A stretch of 54,533 nt of DNA from Azolla caroliniana (Eukaryota; Plantae; Polypodiophyta): positions 1-54,533 of the forward strand of contig JBHGNT010000198.1 in assembly GCA_043228905.1 (NCBI GenBank), in the 5' to 3' direction. Position numbers and translations under genes: made by a program. Within the stretch, counting starts at the first letter, position 1, and each line of letters starts with the position of its first letter. Of the stretch, positions 35,927 to 50,964 are shown one piece after another. Under the pieces are notes generated by a model, which made no database searches, was not told the origin of the DNA, and was given only the letters and a program-made list of their open reading frames with translations.

Positions 35927-36170
35927 ATGAAGTCTGAGGACAACTAGGATGGCAAGATAAAAAACAGAAAGAGCTTGACTATACATCCTAAACAAAGGTG
36001 GCTCAAGCAAAGGCTTAACCAATAAGAGTAGACAGTAAAAGCTATGAAATCTGAGGACAACTAGGATGGCAATATAAAACAGAAAGGATTTGGCTACATA
36101 TTCTAAACAAAGGTGACTTAACAGTGAAGCCTTCGTCAATAAGAGTAGACAGTGAAAGCTACCAGATCTG
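35927..36170. repeat. ~117-bp tandem duplication (possibly inside an old LTR)
   Basis: TCTGAGGACAACTAGGATGGCAA and AATAAGAGTAGACAGT each occur twice, about 117 bp apart. Confidence 0.75.
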
Positions 36171-36760
36171 AAAAAACTGAATTGGTGATGAAGGCAGAAT
36201 TCTATATAGCTATGCAAATGGAGGCTTTCAGCAATGAAAGTCACATGCTACAAAAGCAGCTTTCAACAATTACAAGAAGCTTCCTTTGTTGAAAGCTCTA
36301 ATACTATATAGAAGAACAGAGGATGAAAAGATATATCTAGCTTCATTTTCCTTCATTTCTGTCGTGGAAGTAATACTCTTTTATACAAGAAAACTTTTGT
36401 CTAATTGTAGAGCCTCTTAGTAGCTTAGTTCAAAACTTAAATCTGACGTTACCTTCCCATTAGTTTTCTTCCTTTTTTGTTTAGTAATGTTTTGCTTACG
36501 CAATGTGTGCTCTACACAACATGTATGTTTCACAGATAAAACAATGCTGATTGCTTGTTGCTTATTATAGTCTACAATCATTTACATTCACATCCACCAA
36601 GTACATCAAAAATTAATTCCCTAATGAGAGTTCCTTATCCGATTCTACTAGTTTTCACAATAATGATGTACAACATGGCATGTGATGTCAACATGACAAA
36701 TCTGACATACCAACAGACTTCAGAGATGCAATTCCTAATTCATCCTCGCCGTTTAATTGA

Positions 36761-38015
36761 TCAACTTTGCTTTTTTCCCTTGGAGAGATCAACCAGATCC
36801 TTAAACAAAACATCATTTTTCACTTCCTTCTTTGGGATGTGTGTCCGAAACATAGTGTAATCATCAGCCCCTGAAGTGTATTCTGTCAGTTGAGGTGCTG
36901 GATAAAAACCATGAGGTCTTTGCAATGAAACGCTTTGCACTTGTCCAGATATGCCAGCATATTGGAACTGCAACTGTTGTTGATCTTGTGGCAATACAAC
37001 AGAATTTCCATTGAAGTCCAAGTTCTGTGAATTTGTCACATTTTCAGTGCTCCATGGTGCAGGAGGTAAAGAGTGGCTAATAGGTTTTGAATCCATCATG
37101 CCTTGATTATATGCATATGAACCTGGACTTGAACTTTGTTCCTGTTGAGATTGAGATGGCATGTGAGGTTGTTGCAACTGAAGAGGAAACATGTACCCTT
37201 GAAAAGATGGAGGCTGTGATGACATGTTTGATAACTCTTTTACAGAAGGAAAATTAGGTTGCGATACATTAGATGATTGTGGAGTTCCATATGGGTAAGT
37301 CTGTTCAGCACCAAAGTGGATAGTTTCTTGTTGACTTAGAAATGACCCAGATGGATGAGGAAATATTTTATTTGTACCATACATCATGGTATCTTGTTGT
37401 GCACTTAATGAAGAACCACTTGATAAACTACCGTTATAAATTAAAGCTGCTTGTTGTGAACTTAATGAAGAACCACTTGGTGGACAGCCACCATAAGTTA
37501 AAGCTGATTGCTGTGGACTCAATGCAGAGCTGCCTGGATTAACGGTGGTCTGTTCATTACCAAATGTAGAGCCATTTGGATTAACAGTTTGATATGAACC
37601 TAGAGAAATTCCAGATGATGGTGGTGGTGCCCAAAGCAAAACATTAGTGTTATTTGTCTGCCCTGACAAACTACCAAACTGACTCTGAGATCCTCCATTC
37701 TGTTGCATGTAAATAACATCAGTTTCCTGGTGGAGGTCATGGATGACAGGAGGAGAGACACCCTGTCCGGTTTGGAATTCCAAATTGCTGGGGGCATTTG
37801 TTTCCCCTTCATAAGAAATTAACGACACAGAATCCAGTGATTTTTGCACACTGGAAGAAACTATCAGAGGGGAATTGGCTTTACCCTGGAACATATCACC
37901 ACTTAAAAGATCCATAGTTGGTGCACTTGGACTTCCAAAAGATGTCTTGTTCAGCTGTTGATGAGATGTTGGTAAACCCATCTGAGAAACAGAAGTCGAC
38001 TTCATCTTCAAAGAT
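36761..38015 (-). CDS. TOL: TOL exon 9 (S/Q/P-rich tail)
   Basis: Long open frame with MDLLSGD, LPPAPW and LFKDLVDL motifs typical of plant TOL tails. Confidence 0.88.
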
Positions 38016-41000
38016 CTGCAGAAGTGGAATTTCTCAAATTTTTATCTGATACACATAAAATTTACTACTCTAAAAAATACTTGTTTTTTATTTCCCCAAA
38101 TTGCCCAAGTCTTCATTACTTCCCTAACACCCTTGTTCAGCCCCCAATAGAGCGAAAAAGGGAATGCCACGACCATACAATTGCTCGATATCACCATATA
38201 ATTGAGAAAAGGGTATGATTGACAGTACACCTTACTGTTTAAATAGAATACACACTTGCTCTTTTGGGGAGTTGACCTACAGTACTTAGGGAAACAGGAG
38301 ATATTTGGGAAAATAAAGAAAAATGTTAAGGTATTTTTTGAGTTTCTGCCTGAAAGTTATAAAAATAAAATAAAAACTAAGCCACAAAATAGACGTTATG
38401 GATGCATCCAAATAGCATGTACTACTCCCACCTTCAACCCTTGTCCCTGCAATCATGGGGCACAGATCCTACTCATATACTACCCCTTCTAGTCTGTTAA
38501 AAGACTTTACTCTTATTTTAGCACATAACTTGTTCATAATTATTTTTCTACAAGTACATATTCCAGACACAAAACCACCTTGCAAATCTAGAAGCTGTCT
38601 TTTTATTATTCAAATCCTCCAAGACAATCATACACCATGGTCACATTTAATGGCTAACAAAACTTTTTTACCTGTGTGTAAGTTGTGATAGTAGATTATC
38701 CGAATCATCTTGTGCCAGATTATCGACCAGAAGGGGTGGTGCTGTAGCAGGCTCCTGTGGCAGATGAACGCCTGATTCAATGGTATCAAGTTTTACAAGT
38801 ACCTTTTTCAAATCATCATTTAAAGCTAAGCCTTGTCGTAGTAGTTCTTCATTGCTGTCATCAAAGAACCCCACGTCATGAGCACAAAGAAACTTTCAAC
38901 TTTCTTGTATGAATTTTCATTCCAAACCTAAACTGCTTAATTAACTCAATGAAATTTCCAAGAGAAATCATCGGTTATGAGAGTTACACAATGCATCTGC
39001 AGGAAGTTTCCCCAAGCATGAAAACAATATGGTGTTTTCTGTCTAGTTCAGATTGGCATCACCTTTATTATGTAAGTTTAGTAAAAATGTATTAAACCAG
39101 ACAATGAACCATATATAGTTACTAGTTTTAAAGCTTACAAAAGAAAGCACAAAAGCAAGAGTTGATTTAATAAGATAAGCAAAAACTTACACTGTTGAAT
39201 TTACAAGCTGCATCAATCGTTTCTCAGCAGTCCGACATTGTTCTACAAGCTCCACAATTACTTCATCTCGAAGAGCCTAGTACAGCATTAACCAATCAAA
39301 CACCATTACAAACACGAAATAAATTTCTACCAATTTCTAATATCAAAGTCAAAGTAGATTGCATGAGGCTTTTGAAGTGCAAATTACTTCACAGTTGTAC
39401 AAAAACCACAAGGATAGAATACATTTTCATAGGCATTAGTGCTCCAGTTAGTAGAGAAAGCAATGACATGGAAACAGAATTGTATCTAAAGATGAAGATG
39501 GATTTCAAACAATTACCCTAAAACCTAAGCTATGATTGGACATTGATGGGAAAAAGAGAACCAAATGTAAGAGTAGTCTCCATAATTTTCAAAAACCTCT
39601 TTCTTCAAGAAGTGATCCTTTTGCCATGACATCTCATACAGGAAAATATGTATTATACATGGATACAAATATTTATGTATTCATAATTTTATATTGATAT
39701 ACAAGGAAATTTAACTCGTTGTAATACCTAGATTCTAGACTGGGGAAACTCCCGTGTGAGGTGTGGTATTATGAGCAACAATTGAACCTATTTTATTTTT
39801 AAAATTTCCTTACTTCAGAGACCTCTCCATTCTGGATTGACCTATGCTAGAGATCTTTTGAAGACAAAAGTTATAATATATCTAACTTGAGAATCTCACA
39901 TGTGCCGAAAACCAGATTCCCAGGTCTCTTTTTATTTTATTTACTTTTATATTTACTGAGTAATAGTTATTTTATTTTATTTTGATTTGTTGTTCTCAAA
40001 GACGAGACAACACTTAAGATGTAATCTCTTGTTTGGTCTTTTAGGCCATTTTGGCCTCTTAAAAGACATTAATATATCTTTCTTTCTTTCTTACTAAACA
40101 TTGCCTTCACTAATGATATGCAAGTTTGGTAGTCTCAAACTCCCCTCTGTGAGCTGTGGCATTGCACGCAACAAGCCAACCTATTTTCTTTTGATAATTT
40201 ATTACTAAACATTGTCCTGGCCCACCGGCGATATGCAAGTAACAATCAGCAACAGTTTAGTTCCATTTGGGAGTATCAACCTCAAAATATTTTAAAATTT
40301 TGAAAGTTACAACCATACTGAATCACGAAACCATGTAAACCAAAACTGTGTAACCCAGACCATAGGATGGATTTCCAAGCTCCAACCAAACGGTTCAAGA
40401 GATCTATAAACCGTTTGCCATAACTATTACCCAAAAAAGGAATTGGTCAGGTCTCTGGCATCAACACAGATCCATAAATGGGTCGAAAATTGGAGTAAAT
40501 TATGGTGGGTATTCAATGTCTTCAACTCATTAGAAAATTTTGCCCAGTCCATCTGATGGTAACTTGTAGAACATTTCAACTCATACAATCACTCAGATAG
40601 TTTAAACTCAAAAACTTAGTATTACTCATATTGAACCTGAAAAACACATTCTCTCAAAGCTAAAGGATTTCCTTCAGTTAACCTTGTACAAAACAATCAG
40701 CTACTAACAATTAAATCAAATATCCGCATTACTCATATTGAACCCAAAACCACAGTCTCTCAAAGCTAAAGGATTTCCTTCAGTTAACCTAGTACATATC
40801 AACCTGCTACTAACAAATCAATAAAACCCAACAGGCAAATCAATAGCTTTAGAAATTATTAGGAAGTTATGAATACATAAAAGATAAGTGGGTTTCCAGC
40901 ACACATATATGACAGTCTAGAATGATTTTAAAGTTGAGGTCCCTCATTAAATGAATGCTCAAGCAATGATTTAAGAATTTGTGAATGCGTAAAAGATAAG

Positions 41001-44000
41001 AGGTGTTTCTAGCACACACATCAGGAAAGTCTAGAGAATTTTTAATGTTGAAGATTCTCCCATTCAATTTTGACATAAGACCTCAAAACTAAATTATAGC
41101 GTATTAACAAAAGATATGCATAGAGACAGGTGAGTTAGAATAAGCAATCAGAAACCAAACTATTTCTACTATTTCATCAGCACAGTACCTGCTGATTTTT
41201 AGGATCTATTGCATTCAACATCTCTGCAAGCACTTCCATCCCACTCCGAGCATTGTGTATATCTGCCAAGCTAAAGACAGTTGAAAGATCAAATTTTTGC
41301 ATTAACACATACCAGAAATACATATAAAAAAATGCTGAAATGCAATAGTGATTCGAGTGACATAAGCATCAGCCCCCTTCCAATATAGCTTGGATTTTCC
41401 ACATCTAGACATGACCAAAGTGGAAGAGAATATAGTGATCCAAACTGATATTACCAACTTGGAAAACATAAAAACATGCGTCAGCCCCATTACATGTCTT
41501 GGTAGGAAGAAGCCCACTATAAGACTTTTTACACCCATCACAAGATGGATTCCAATGCAGGATGGATTCATCATCAGACACTCTTATATGGACATATATC
41601 TATCCTATGTACCGCACAGTGTGATAGGGCAGCTGCGAACTTCTTCACATCAGTTGGAGATTGCGGTAGGCAGATATGCCAGAATACCTATAGAAGAAAG
41701 AAATTGCCAATTGTGTCATCAGAGAGTGGAATCTGAAGAGCACTATGTTTGTCATCGTATGGTTTATTATGAAATAAGAGGGAGATACCATTGCATCTTC
41801 AAGTAAGGCTTCTGCCCACCATGCAATGTAATGGAATATGAGAACCAACAAATGCTTAGCTTCCCATGCAATGCTTGGTTCTATGAAGAATGTGAGGCTC
41901 ATCTCAAAATGTTGATGTTCGCAAAGATAAAAATAAAAAGTCCTGACATTGTGTCAATATCGAAGAATGGGGAGGAGAAAGAAGAGACAATATTATCAAA
42001 TTCAAGAAAGAACGAAAATGAGCACATGATCAATCAAGCTTTAGACCAAAACATTCCATTGTTGATCACTTGGTTATAACTAAGAGTAATTATGGAAAAA
42101 TGTTTGATTTCTAGGGAAAACACTATATTGTTGTTTTGTGGGCTTCAAGAAAGCCTTTGACATTGTACAACGGCAAAAGAATGATAGAGATCAGAATGTC
42201 AATGGAGTATGAGCAAGTTAGATGCCAATTGACCATGGATAGTGGTTTCTAGAAGCACTCCTTGGGCAACATGGGGATCAACCAAGGGTATCCACTCTCT
42301 CCCACACTCATTTGGTCTATGCATCGATAAACTAGAAGAAATAGTAAAATAAGGCTGCAAAAGAAGAAGGATTCGATGGCCCAAAACTCATGCAATCGCT
42401 TATTTTTATACTCCTACATGCCAATGATGTTGCATTATTTTCATATACTTTGGATGATATGCAACGTATACTTGATTTATTGGAAACATTCTGTCAAATC
42501 AGTGAGCTAACTGTTAACATGAACAAAACAAAAAAAATATGGCCATAAAGGCAATACAACAAAGACATTACCTACTTTTATATATGAGGGCAATAACACT
42601 GGTGCAAAGCTTCAAATATCTTGCTATTCATGTCCCTTTGACAAATAGGTGGTATGTATGCTATGAGTCTAGACTTCACGTAGATAATCAATCCGACCAA
42701 CGTGATACTCGAAGTTCGGAAGTGAGATTGAATGCTACAGTGGTGCTAGCCATAGCATTGAATAACATGCTATGGTCACGCTATTAGAAACATGTGCTCA
42801 GCCCATGGAACTGCTACCCATGCAAAGATTATACAAATATATCACAAAAATCAAGAATATACCTGATCACAGATTCCCAAAACAGGCTTGATATATAGGA
42901 TGCAAGGTACAAAAAACTAATAAGTGCAAAATCCTCTCATCTGGAGGGTCCTTGACAATATGAAAATGGTTTAAAAGACGGGGAATAGAAACAAGACCTA
43001 TTGGAGCTCTCAGGTGATGCTATGAAGTATGTGATCATTGAGGATAGATCATCACTAGAAGCACCAAGGATGATATTAAAAACATGTGCTCGACCCATGG
43101 AGCCACTAGCCATGCAAAGATTATACAAATATACACAAATTTCAACAATATGCCTGATCAAAGATTGCCAAAACAGGCTCGATACATAGGATGCAAGGTA
43201 CAAAAAACTAATAAGAGCAAAATCCTCTCATCTGGCAGGATCCTTGAAAATATGAAAATGGTTTAAAAGACAGGGAATAGAAACAAGATCTAATGGAGCT
43301 CTCAGTGATGCTATGAAGTATGTGATTGTTGAGGATAGATCATCACTAGAAGCAGTAAGGATGCAGTGGCAAGATCTGAAAATGTCAAAATTGGAACATT
43401 ACATTGCAAATGTTTAACCCTCAATGTTGGCCCCAATACAAGGCAAAAATGCTAGAACGTATCCAACCGCATCTTATTTCCTACCCCCATGAGCCTTGGC
43501 TCTCAAAGAGCCTTAACACCTCTTAGGACTCGCTCACACAAGTTAGGTGACAATAAATAATCTATTATATGCAAGACTTGATGAATAGGTGGTCTACTTG
43601 TGGCATTGTTCACTGTTGTAGATGATAACGCTAGATGTTTTGGACATTGAAACTTAGTTTAACACAAAAGTCACTGATATTTTAATAAAAGTTAATGTTC
43701 TTTTATGAAGATAATGAATTTTTCATAGCAAACCAATTTTACAGTCTGCATTAGGTTTTAAATATCATCCTATCATCATTTCATTAACTACGTCAGAATA
43801 AAATCCAAGAAACAAAATACTTTACAATTCAAATAAAACTTACATACTATGCAATGCAGAGCAGAGAAACCAATATGAGGTTAATCAGACAGCTGTCAGT
43901 ATGAAAGGCAAGTCAGATGACCTGGAGATATCTGACCCTGGAGTTGTATTGATTGGTAAGCGTTGTGGGGAAGTATTATTTTGTGCAATAGGGTGTATTT

Positions 44001-47000
44001 GAGGTGGTGTCAAATTTGTATTTGCAGTATCAGTTCTCCTAGGGAATATGATGCCTGAACGCTGTAAGTTTGTCAAAAAATGCACAGAAATAGTTACAAT
44101 GCACATGAATTCTCCATTAACCAAAAAACCAACACATGAAGATAAACGAAACACTCAGTATGAGTATTTCTGCATAATGTTATGTATTATGTTGATAAAA
44201 TAACTAGCCACATACCCGCAATTCATTATATGCAACAAAGTATTGCGGATATCTTCCATTTGGTCCACCAAACACCTCTTGCCACGAATCTAAAATCAGG
44301 AGGATTTTCTCTCTTACTTGGCTATCTTTCTGCAAAAGAGAATATATAGGCTCTTACTAGACCAGTAACAGAGCCACAAAAGCACTGAGATTTTTTTCAT
44401 AAAAGATATACCATTTGCAGTCTACTATTAGTTCCAAAATCAATTAGAATCTCCACACACTGATTCACAAGTTACTGAAAAACTCTAACGTAGCATGTAA
44501 ACTGAAATTTTTCCAAGTACTAAGCCTTCATGTTCTTGGAAGCTCGATAGAAATTAATCACAATGTTCTATAAGTATTTCTTGGATTTAGAGAACAAAAA
44601 AGCATTTGTAATCCTGCTTATTGATGTTTATGTTTTAACCAACAATTTGGGCCATCAGCAAAGTTCTTCCCTGATAATAACATTGACCATGCAGGCTTCT
44701 ATCTCAAAAATGTAATGATCATAATAAACAAGGTCTTCGAAATTAAGTAATTTTAATTGGATTGAAATGTTGAACCTGTTCAAGTCATTTCCCATCAAAA
44801 TGCTAATTAACTCAGCATACTTCTCAAAAAAACAATAATATTATTGTATCTCTGAATAGAAATAGAGTCAGGGAAAGCTTTGGGTTCACGGGGGCCTAAA
44901 TTATACACCACAAGAAAGCATTGTCTACAACAAACTAGAAGTTTCTACAATAAGTGAAAGAAAAAGTAGAACTAATACAATATACCCATGAAATAGTAGG
45001 ACATATCAATCAATAAAAACACATCTAAAAATGTACCTCGGACGACTTACATTCTTTTTTACTATTTTCACCATGTCATTCAAAATATCCCTTATAACAA
45101 CTTGATGATGGATAGCATCACCACAATGTTTCACCATAGTCTCTAGAAGCTGCAAAAGACAAAAAACGTTTAATTGGCTAACTGTGCAGCATAACAGGAT
45201 CCAACAGCTGACCCAACCATTGCACTCATAAGTGAGTCCTTTTATTATGACAAAGAGAAACACGACGTCATTCCAGCTTTACCCATTATATTGTTTATCT
45301 GTGTTTTGCTGGTTCATTAAAGCCTTATCTCTACGTCAAAAAAAAACGATGGCAAGGGTTGGCATACCACCAATAAGTTCAAGAACAGTCATATCATCTT
45401 GTGTTAACATCACATCTTTTACACTGTAACTAACAAATGAAGCTATCATTCCTTATATTTTGATAAACATATAACTGCTAAAACCATGCAATGCATTTAA
45501 CCACTTTACCACAGTAAGATTAATCAATGGGTTCATTTGATTTCAAGTCTCATATACCAAGTTTTGTTCTAATGTATTTAAACATTAAAGTTGTCTTTTG
45601 AAAAAAACATGAGCAGACATGAGCCTTCAATCATAAATAATATACAAACATAAATACATTCATTCATATATACATGCATTCGTTCATAAATAACATGGGC
45701 ATACATAAATGCATAGATTCGAAGAAAATGCTTTACAAAAGGCATCATGTAATTCTATCTTTCTTTGCTTTCATTTTGCAAATTCTGAAATGAGTACAGA
45801 CTTGAGCAGAAAACCTAATTAGTTTTCACATATCCAGTTTCATATTTATTAATAAAGCACATCTTAGCTAGTCTTATGTGGTTTGATTATTATGTAAGCA
45901 TCTTTAGGGAATTTTCTGTTTCTTATGCTCATTTTTTTCTTTTTCTATTAGAAAAACAAGTTTTCCCAATCTATTAAAACCTTGATTCTGCAACTTTCAC
46001 ATAAAATGTAAAAATTCACACCTACACCAATGAAAGGGATAGCTCTAAGAAGAATGAAGAAAACTAGAGACACTGAAATAACTGATTAAGAATGTTCAGT
46101 AAGAGCTCTTCTTCTTCTTTTTGTTAAAAATAGATCAAATTAAGAAGACTGTCTTTAATTACTTCCCTGCAATTACAGAATTAACTTTATAAACATGTGA
46201 GATGTACAATTTTCTGATGAGGTTCCCATGATGCTGTACCATGAGAGTCAAAACTTGAATTTTCGGATTCTTGTTTGCCATCCGTTTCTTAACAGCTTTA
46301 ATAGAGTGCTTTGCAAGCCTGCTTATAAACGACATACACATTGGACATGAATTTTCTAATTGAAAAGAAGAATAGTTAGTAAATGTGAATAGTGAAGTAC
46401 AGCATCCTTCAAACTGAGTATGATGCAAAGGGGGTATCCAAAAGTTAACAAATTTTCTTCATTTTTTTAGATAAATTAAAAACCATTCAAAAGCATCATG
46501 TTACATAATGCATCAAAGAGTGGTAAATTCCCCATGTTCCATAGTGCAAAGAAGCAAGAAATATAATTGATGGAACAAACGATTATGAAGATTGAAGTAT
46601 GTTATTGATGTGACCTTCCTAATGCATATGATATTGTGATGTCTCCTCGATGTATGTCTTCCTTGAAGGACTCGATACTTCGACCCAGTGAAGGGCAAAG
46701 AGAGTATCAAAAAATGACCTTTTTTACTCTAATGGATAAATAAAGCACTCTTTCAGAGACATCATGCTACATGATGCATCCAAGAAGCAGGTGAAGTTAG
46801 AAATCTGTTAACTACGTGAGTTACTGACAATCTTCTATCTTGCAGAAATGTAAAGTACTCTTGAAAGCATTATGTCGAAAATTTTGCGAAAAAAACAGGT
46901 GAATTATCAAAAATACTATATACGTGAACCAGGAGATACTCTCTCATAAAAAATGTGGTATTCTTTCAAAATTGTTCTGCTGCATGATGCAGAAATTCTC

Positions 47001-47306
47001 GAAGTTTCCATAGACAAAAAACAAGTGAATTTTGAAAATTCGTGTCTGCAATATCTCAATGCGGACGTAAGCCTTAAACTCGGTATGGCACAGAATATAG
47101 TAGATGAATAGAAGTGTTCTCTTTTTTTCAATGGAATTGTGCAACTTTATGCATCAAATTAAATACAAATATGGAGAAAGGAGATCAAATTCGAATCAGA
47201 TGTGGTACCCGGGATCGTTATTGATAAGGTTACAAAGCTCCATGTTCATGGCCCAGTCTGGACCACTTAGCATATCACTAGTCGCTCTATGCACGAGATT
47301 AGCCAT
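36761..47306 (-). CDS. TOL: TOM1-like (TOL) VHS-GAT endosomal ubiquitin adaptor, 9 coding exons, ~711 aa
   Basis: join(47306-47209, 46318-46240, 45149-45051, 44329-44216, 44061-43922, 41270-41189, 39276-39191, 38854-38672, 38015-36761); 2136 nt, GT-AG introns (exon 5 donor is weak). VHS: [50 protein letters not shown]: [26 protein letters not shown]-terminal LFKDLVDL. Confidence 0.92.
38672..38854 (-). CDS. TOL: TOL exon 8 (GAT)
   Basis: [23 protein letters not shown]. Confidence 0.88.
39191..39276 (-). CDS. TOL: TOL exon 7 (GAT)
   Basis: [28 protein letters not shown]. Confidence 0.88.
41189..41270 (-). CDS. TOL: TOL exon 6 (GAT)
   Basis: [27 protein letters not shown]. Confidence 0.88.
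41560..43560 (+). pseudogene. decayed non-LTR retrotransposon fragments (RTEX/CR1-L2-like, clade uncertain) in TOL intron 5
   Basis: [36 protein letters not shown] (41630-41800); RT remnants [41 protein letters not shown] (42140-42630); internal ~290-bp duplication 42790-43350. Confidence 0.7.
43922..44061 (-). CDS. TOL: TOL exon 5
   Basis: RSGIIFPRR...TPPQIHP; donor AG|GTCATC chosen for phase. Confidence 0.75.
44216..44329 (-). CDS. TOL: TOL exon 4
   Basis: [38 protein letters not shown]. Confidence 0.9.
45051..45149 (-). CDS. TOL: TOL exon 3
   Basis: [33 protein letters not shown]. Confidence 0.9.
46240..46318 (-). CDS. TOL: TOL exon 2
   Basis: [26 protein letters not shown]. Confidence 0.88.
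47209..47306 (-). CDS. TOL: TOL exon 1 (VHS)
   Basis: [32 protein letters not shown]. Confidence 0.88.
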
Positions 47307-47806
47307 GGCGTTTTTCCTTCTTCTTTTTCTCAAAAGAGAGAGACCATAAATATAAGAAGATCGAAGGGAAACTATGTGTTGTGAGTTGCATGCAAGGATG
47401 GAGCACGAAGCATAAAAGGTCAGGTCCAGCCCTGCGGAAAAGAACAAAAGAAGAGGAGGAGATGAAGGAACTAAACGGAAAAAAAAGAAGAGATAGAACA
47501 GATCCGAGGATCGAAAGAAGAAGAAGAAGAAAGGAACGGATCAAATAACAAAGGCATGACAACAGCAAGAGGAAATGCAAACTGTTTAGGCATACCTGTT
47601 TCAGAGAGGAGAAGAGATGGAGGAGGAGATTCGTGGCGAGCTGGAAGAGAAGAATCGATCGATCATGCAGGGCAGGAAGGAAAGAACTGACGATCGAAGA
47701 GCCGCCTCCATCGCGATTCGCAGGACACGCAGTCAAGCAGGCAGACAGACAGTGACACAAAGACAGATGTATGACAAATTAATTCATTAATTAATATTTT
47801 AGTTAT

Positions 47807-48211
<405 letters not shown>

Positions 48212-48388
48212 TCTGTCTGGCCCCTTTAGGCACCCATTTCCTTAGGTTATATGAAGTGGAGAAAGAATGGGCCAATGAGAGCATAATATGTGTGTTGTGT
48301 GTTGTGTGTTGTGTGTGTGTTGGTGGTGGTGTTACCACATGGACCAAGAGCTCTTCCAAGGTATTATTTGTCTACCATATCAATCCCC

Positions 48389-48531
48389 AGCTTGTTCTAA
48401 TGATGCACCTTTCAATACTAATTATTTAATAAAAAATTTAATAACATGAACAAATGGCTAGCTTGTTCTAATGATGCACCCTTCAATACTAATTATTTAA
48501 TAAAAAATTAAATAACATGAACAAAATGGCT
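48389..48531. repeat. 71-bp tandem duplication
   Basis: AGCTTGTTCTAATGATGCACC...GAACAAA(A)TGGCT twice. Confidence 0.9.
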
Positions 48532-49689
48532 AATTACAATGGATACCTATCAATATCTATCTCAACAAAGTCCAGAAAAAGGGTGCCATTCCATCTCGTT
48601 AGAAATAAGTTAAAGAATTTCCATCGGTTGACAATGAATAGTTATAATTAGTAGAAATCAACAAACCAATGCTAGGAGCTCGATTCTTTAGACATGCATA
48701 AAGTATAAAGAGCATGTGTTTATCTTGAGTTGGATCACTTATGTAACTATAGCACAAAGCATGCAAGCTTATTTAATACTATTTCGTTTTGCTTGCATTA
48801 TTGATACACTTCACTATTATACAAACAGAACCAATTCTACAATGCGACTATGGGGTTTAGCTTTCTTTCTTATTGTTCTATTGCTCGATGATACGTTCTC
48901 TAAATGTGATATCAAACTTCAAAATGGTGTGTAATTGTGATTTGTAACATTTATTGAAGAAATATCAATCAATAGATATTATTGTCTTATTCAAACGTCA
49001 AATATGACCTATCATAACAAAAAATATAATGTTCTCACATAATAAATGTGAAAAAGAGTAGTGTCTCTAAATGTTTGAAAACTTTATGAATGAACGTTGT
49101 AATTCGGATTGCACATTGTTGCAACAAAGAGAAATTCATGAAATTATTGGGTTGGGTCAAATATGTATTGAAAAACATGGTTGAATGTGATCAAAGGGTA
49201 AACATTGTATCAAAGTGTGATACTCAAACTTCTTTGGGGGAAAATGTGCATGATTGGCTAGACTCATCATTTGCGCCTAAAAGTCTTGTCTCGAATTTAA
49301 CCAAGTTTGAACTAGGTCATTTAGATGCGACGGTTGAAATGGCAAACAATTTGATAGCCTCCGACATTTATTTATGCATACAATTTCCTATTCAATTAAG
49401 ACTATGTTCTTGTAGTGAGATGTGACATATGTATATAAAGGGGTTTTAGATTGTATTTTCTTTGTCATCTACGAGGAGCCCAATTTTGACTTATGGGATC
49501 GACTAAACATATCATTTTGTATGTGACTCCTTTTGAAGATGGGAGTTCTTACTTTGTTGTAAAAACTCTCCATCTAAGTAGGAACCCCCATCTTCACATT
49601 TGTGCACACCCTTCTTGACGGAGACATGAGGACGACACATAATCATAATATCCATCTAACAAGTCATCGTACTTCTTGTGCATTGCCTT

Positions 49690-50100
49690 GTATTCCCAAC
49701 GTTCCAAAAAACAAGCTTGGAACATAGGGTGCATTGTACAAAAAACTAAGAAGAGCAAAATCATCTTATTTATGCTTGATATTATGAAATGGTTTACAAG
49801 ACGGGGTGTAAAAGATCTATTGGAACTCTCAAGTGATGCTATGAATATGTGGTTGTGGAGGTTAGATTAATCCAAGCAACAAGGATGAAGTGGCAAGATG
49901 TTGAAAATAGAATATTGCATTGCAAATGTTAACTTGGGCAATGTTGGCCCAATAAAAGGTAAATATGCATTAATGTATCCAATCCACAAACCTTCACTAT
50001 CAAAGAGCCTTAAGACATGTTTGAACCTGCTCACACAAATTAAGTGTCAAGGTAGCATCATGGCATCATCACCCAAATACAAGTATGTGCAATGAAAACC
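49690..50100 (+). pseudogene. further fragment of the same non-LTR family as 42790-43560 (short inverted copy at ~50820-50900)
   Basis: Shared GTACAAAAAACTAA.AAGAGCAAAATC, CTCAAGTGATGCTATGAA, AAAGAGCCTTAA; 50830-50870 is the reverse complement of ~50030-50075. Confidence 0.6.
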
Positions 50101-50915
50101 TAATGGAGGATGAATCACTTACTTACGAATGCTCAATGTAAAAGGTAATTCGCGAGAAATATGATGGCTCGTTAATGAGAATGACAATGTAAATGTCATA
50201 CTCAACTGTCCACCAAGAAGATTGAGCACACATGTGTGCATTATCTTCATGTAGATAGTTATTAATATAGAGTTGCAAACCCCCTTCTTAGGTTGGAGTC
50301 ACGTACAAGATGATATGTTGATTTGGTCTAATAGGTTGAAATTGGCCACATGTTGTTCCAAATGCATGTCGATGACCAACTGGCTGATTTTATTTTCCCT
50401 CCACAAAACCCTTACAATCTAGTTTTAAAAATGTGACAAAATGACAAGTTTCAAGATTTTATCGAGTATCTGTTGGGTGACTGAGTTGGTGATAGTTAGG
50501 TGGCTGAACTATGATAATTTACATATCCTACCACTAAATGGGCGACTCATGAGCAGTTCAATGACTAAGGGTGTCAAAGTTGGGCGACTACTGATAACTT
50601 TTTGTTGAGAATCAAACTCAACCTAAGTCTAGTGTGTGAACACACCTTTTTTGAGAATGTATGAACACTCAAAGGTCAAAAGAGTTATTACTATAGAGTA
50701 GCAAGCCCCCTTCTTAGGTTGGAGTCACATACAAGATGATACGTTTATTTGGTCTAATAGGTCGAAATTGGCCTCATCATGGATAACTTTCATTCTATTC
50801 TATATGTTAACATTGCATATCTTCTTACGTGGGTGATTATGCAATGATGCTACCTTGACATCTAACTTGTGCAAGCGATTTTTAAAGAAGCGTATTAAGG
50901 TCGTGTGTGCACGTG

Positions 50916-50962
<47 letters not shown>

Positions 50963-50964
<2 letters not shown>

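Noticed and set aside
35860-36521. Solo LTR (TG..CA, TATA, internal repeats)
   Set aside because: I could not find a matching TSD or a second copy; only the tandem repeat is reported.
39745-41060. Several 55-110 bp imperfect duplications in TOL intron 6
   Set aside because: Ordinary local duplications with no structure or coding signal.
49090-49425. 111-aa ORF upstream of TOL
   Set aside because: No recognisable domain; AT-rich decayed context.
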